DNA of 64,000 nucleotides. Source: Bacillota bacterium. Lineage in GTDB: Bacteria; Bacillota; Ch66; Ch109. Below, in pieces: positions 61,586 through 64,000 of the stretch (the first letter of the stretch is position 1; the number at the start of each line of letters is the position of its first letter). A program made the translations under genes and the position numbers. The notes under the pieces were generated by a model, which saw only the letters and a program-made list of their open reading frames with translations, was not told where the DNA came from and ran no database searches. The stretch spans positions 832,001 to 896,000 of the forward strand of contig JBMNLH010000001.1 in the NCBI GenBank assembly GCA_050952625.1. Reading direction: 5' to 3'.

Positions 61586-61794
61586 ACAGAGTACCGGATG
61601 TTTCTTGCCCCAACTTCTTTGAATTCCTCAAAATTGTATTCAATTTTTTCCAGAGTTAGAGCTAATAAACCTTCATTAGAACAGCAATCAGCATTTTTTG
61701 GTCCTTGTAGACTACAAATTTGGGTTTTAGTATTTTTCTTTTTTCTCGGGCAAATAATAACCAAAACATAACGAATGTAGTCAGGAGAAGAGTA

Positions 61795-62562
61795 ATGGAA
61801 GAACTAAAGCGGCAAGAATCACCTTTGGTTGAGGATGAGGGGGATAAACAACCAGCCCAGGCCCCAAAGGAGCGGAAGAAGCAGGTTGGCAAGAAGTTAG
61901 AAACTATTCGGGAACTAGGTCAAACCGAGATTCCAGAGATGAAGGGAAGTATCCACTGTTTGACCATTGTAGGACAGGTGGAAGGACATATCATTATGCC
62001 ACCGCAAAATAAAACTACTAAGTATGAACACGTGATTCCACAGTTGGTGGCGGTGGAACAAAATCCAGAAATTGAAGGGATGCTGGTCATCCTGAATACG
62101 GTCGGAGGAGATGTTGAAGGAGGGTTGGCGATTGCGGAAATGATAGTCAGTATGTCTAAACCCACAGTCTCCTTAGTTCTGGGCGGGGGACATTCGATCG
62201 GCGTGCCGATCGCTGTTGCCTCAGATTATTCTTTTATTGCCGAGACCGCCACCATGACTGTACATCCTATTCGTCTTACTGGTCTGGTAATCGGGGTACC
62301 CCAAACATATGAGTATCTGGATAAAATGCAGGATAGGGTGGTTCGCTTCGTAACTCGGCATTCAGGTGTTACAGATAAGAAATATCGAGAATTGATGTTT
62401 CGGACGGGCGAACTGGCTCGAGATATTGGTACGGTCCTGGTGGGTCGGGATGCAGTTGAATGCGGTTTGATTAATGAAGTTGGCGGATTGGGTCAAGCGG
62501 TGCAAAAACTAAAGGAATTGATTCATATTCAAAAAGAATCAAGGAGGGCACCTATTCAATGA
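61795..62562 (+). CDS. tepA: ClpP-like sporulation protein TepA
   Basis: [31 protein letters not shown]; followed by ylzJ; SD AGGAG before ATG 61795. Confidence 0.93.
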   Translation: MEELKRQESPLVEDEGDKQPAQAPKERKKQVGKKLETIRELGQTEIPEMKGSIHCLTIVGQVEGHIIMPPQNKTTKYEHVIPQLVAVEQNPEIEGMLVILNTVGGDVEGGLAIAEMIVSMSKPTVSLVLGGGHSIGVPIAVASDYSFIAETATMTVHPIRLTGLVIGVPQTYEYLDKMQDRVVRFVTRHSGVTDKKYRELMFRTGELARDIGTVLVGRDAVECGLINEVGGLGQAVQKLKELIHIQKESRRAPIQ

Positions 62563-62801
62563 TCCATTACACACCATTGGATCCGCGGATCATCTGGACT
62601 GTTCCAGATGAAGCCGCCCCTATTATGGAGGAGCGAGTTTTAAATGGAGTGAGAGTCCTTTTACGCCAGGAAGAAGGACAGTTATGGAGTGTTGTCAAGG
62701 TTATCAGTACCAATCCTGACGATTTTCTCAGGCCAGAGCTACAGCCAGGACACGCTGTTCAATATACAATTTGTGCCCAATCTGATTCAGCGACTGAATG
62801 A
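62559..62801 (+). CDS. ylzJ: YlzJ-like protein
   Basis: MIHYT.., [17 protein letters not shown]. Confidence 0.9.
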   Translation: MIHYTPLDPRIIWTVPDEAAPIMEERVLNGVRVLLRQEEGQLWSVVKVISTNPDDFLRPELQPGHAVQYTICAQSDSATE

Positions 62802-62876
62802 ACTTGTTAAGTTTCGCCGTATTTACAAACCTTAAATTACGATAATTATAATTACGGATTGTCTATTTAAATATTG

Positions 62877-62906
62877 AAACGGCCGGTTGGCATAACGGCC
62901 GTTTTT
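62877..62906 (+). terminator. Intrinsic terminator after ylzJ
   Basis: AAACGGCCG / CGGCCGTTT plus T run. Confidence 0.8.
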
Positions 62907-63030
62907 GCTTTATTATTCTATAGGTCCCGTTTTACTGAAATCAAGCCTGTTGGAGAGGCATGGTCTTTATGGTATAATATACATTGATTTTTCATACCAT
63001 TAATTGGAATATAAAGGGAGGAAAAAAGAA

Positions 63031-63798
63031 ATGACCCTGGCCGAAGCAGTTCTGTTAGGTGTAATACAGGGATTGACTGAGTTTTTACCGGTCAGCAGCA
63101 GCGGACATCTGGTAATTATGCAGCATTTTTTAGGTTTTCAGGAACCACCTTTGACCTTTGATATATTAGTACACCTTGGAACAGTCTTGGCGGTTATAGC
63201 GGCATTTTGGACAGAAATAATAAATATTATTCGCCGGCCTACACAACGGTTGGTTGTAATGATCCTTGTGGCTAGTATACCAACGGGACTAATTGGAATA
63301 TCTTTCAAGACCATTTTTGAGGGCTTTTTCGCTTCTTTAACAGTGGTGGCAATTGGACTTCTGGTTACGGGTATTTTGATTTGGCTGGCAGAGCACTTGT
63401 CCTTTGGTTATAAAACTGTTAGAGAGATGACAATTGTAGATGCTTTATTTATTGGAACGATTCAGGGAGTGGCCATTACTCCAGGGATTTCTCGATCCGG
63501 TTCGACGATTGCGGCTGGGCTGTTTACTGGGCTTGATCGTGAACTGGCCGCCCAGTTTTCTTTCTTGCTTTCAATACCAGCTATTTTAGGTGCTGCTCTG
63601 CTAGAATGCCGGCACCTTATCGGTGGACAGATTGAAGTAGATCTATTACCTTTAATAATTGGGCCTCTGGTAGCGGCTATAACTGGATTTATGGCCACTA
63701 AAATTGTCATTAATCTGGTTAAAAAGGGGAGACTCAGTATTTTTTCTTATTACTGCTGGGTGGTTGCATTATTAATTTTAGCAGCAAATATTTTTTAA
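63031..63798 (+). CDS. uppP: Undecaprenyl-diphosphate phosphatase
   Basis: QGLTEFLPVSSSGHL, PGISRSGST, FSFLLSIP. Confidence 0.96.
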   Translation: MTLAEAVLLGVIQGLTEFLPVSSSGHLVIMQHFLGFQEPPLTFDILVHLGTVLAVIAAFWTEIINIIRRPTQRLVVMILVASIPTGLIGISFKTIFEGFFASLTVVAIGLLVTGILIWLAEHLSFGYKTVREMTIVDALFIGTIQGVAITPGISRSGSTIAAGLFTGLDRELAAQFSFLLSIPAILGAALLECRHLIGGQIEVDLLPLIIGPLVAAITGFMATKIVINLVKKGRLSIFSYYCWVVALLILAANIF

Positions 63799-63813
63799 CG
63801 GAAGGTGAGACCG

Positions 63814-64000
63814 ATGGCTAAAACCCTCAAGTCGAACCGATCAATATCGGAAACGGCACCCATGAGGGATAGTCGTAAGTACGAATTTACGGGAATTTTG
63901 CTGTTGGCTACTGCTTTATTGAGTATAGTGAGTCTTTATTTTGCTCCAGCTAATAATATTACTCCCTCAACTACTGGAGTCTTGGGCAATTTATTAGCGC
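63814..64000 (+). CDS. ftsK: DNA translocase FtsK/SpoIIIE, N-terminal TM part (truncated by window)
   Basis: Open frame MAKTLK...KYEFTGILLLATALLSIVSLYF...GVLGNLL; conserved tepA-ylzJ-(uppP)-ftsK order. Confidence 0.7.
   Translation, partial: MAKTLKSNRSISETAPMRDSRKYEFTGILLLATALLSIVSLYFAPANNITPSTTGVLGNLLA

Overview
Core chromosomal region of a motile, endospore-forming Clostridia-type Firmicute (gene content and order resemble Peptococcaceae-like lineages); every supported gene is on the + strand. Order: end of the fla/che operon (fliM-fliY-cheY-fliO-fliPQR-flhBAFG-PilZ brake-cheBAWCD-sigD-fapA), rpsB-tsf-pyrH-frr-uppS-cdsA-ytvI-dxr-rseP-ispG-proS-mgtC-polC, rimP-nusA-ylxRQ-infB-rbfA-nrnA-truB-ribF, rpsO-pnp, sporulation/DAP genes (ylxY, dac, M16 peptidase, ymxH, dapB, dpaA...dpaB, asd, dapG, dapA), rnj, tepA-ylzJ, uppP and the start of ftsK. 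No rRNA, tRNA, CRISPR or intact transposase was seen. Anomalies: (1) 51 of the last 55 sigD codons end in A or C, and this tract abuts a small element bounded by a 17-bp direct repeat; (2) a 1.9-kb insert splits dpaA from dpaB, carries an apparently GTPase-dead FtsZ-like ORF and a Cys-rich ORF, and is bracketed by two copies of a ~110-bp repeat; (3) proS is broken at CCC-TAG and needs a +1 shift; (4) PolC lacks its exonuclease domain; (5) a possible toxin-antitoxin-like pair lies upstream of rpsO. All calls come from reading the sequence and from recalled family motifs; no searches were run.
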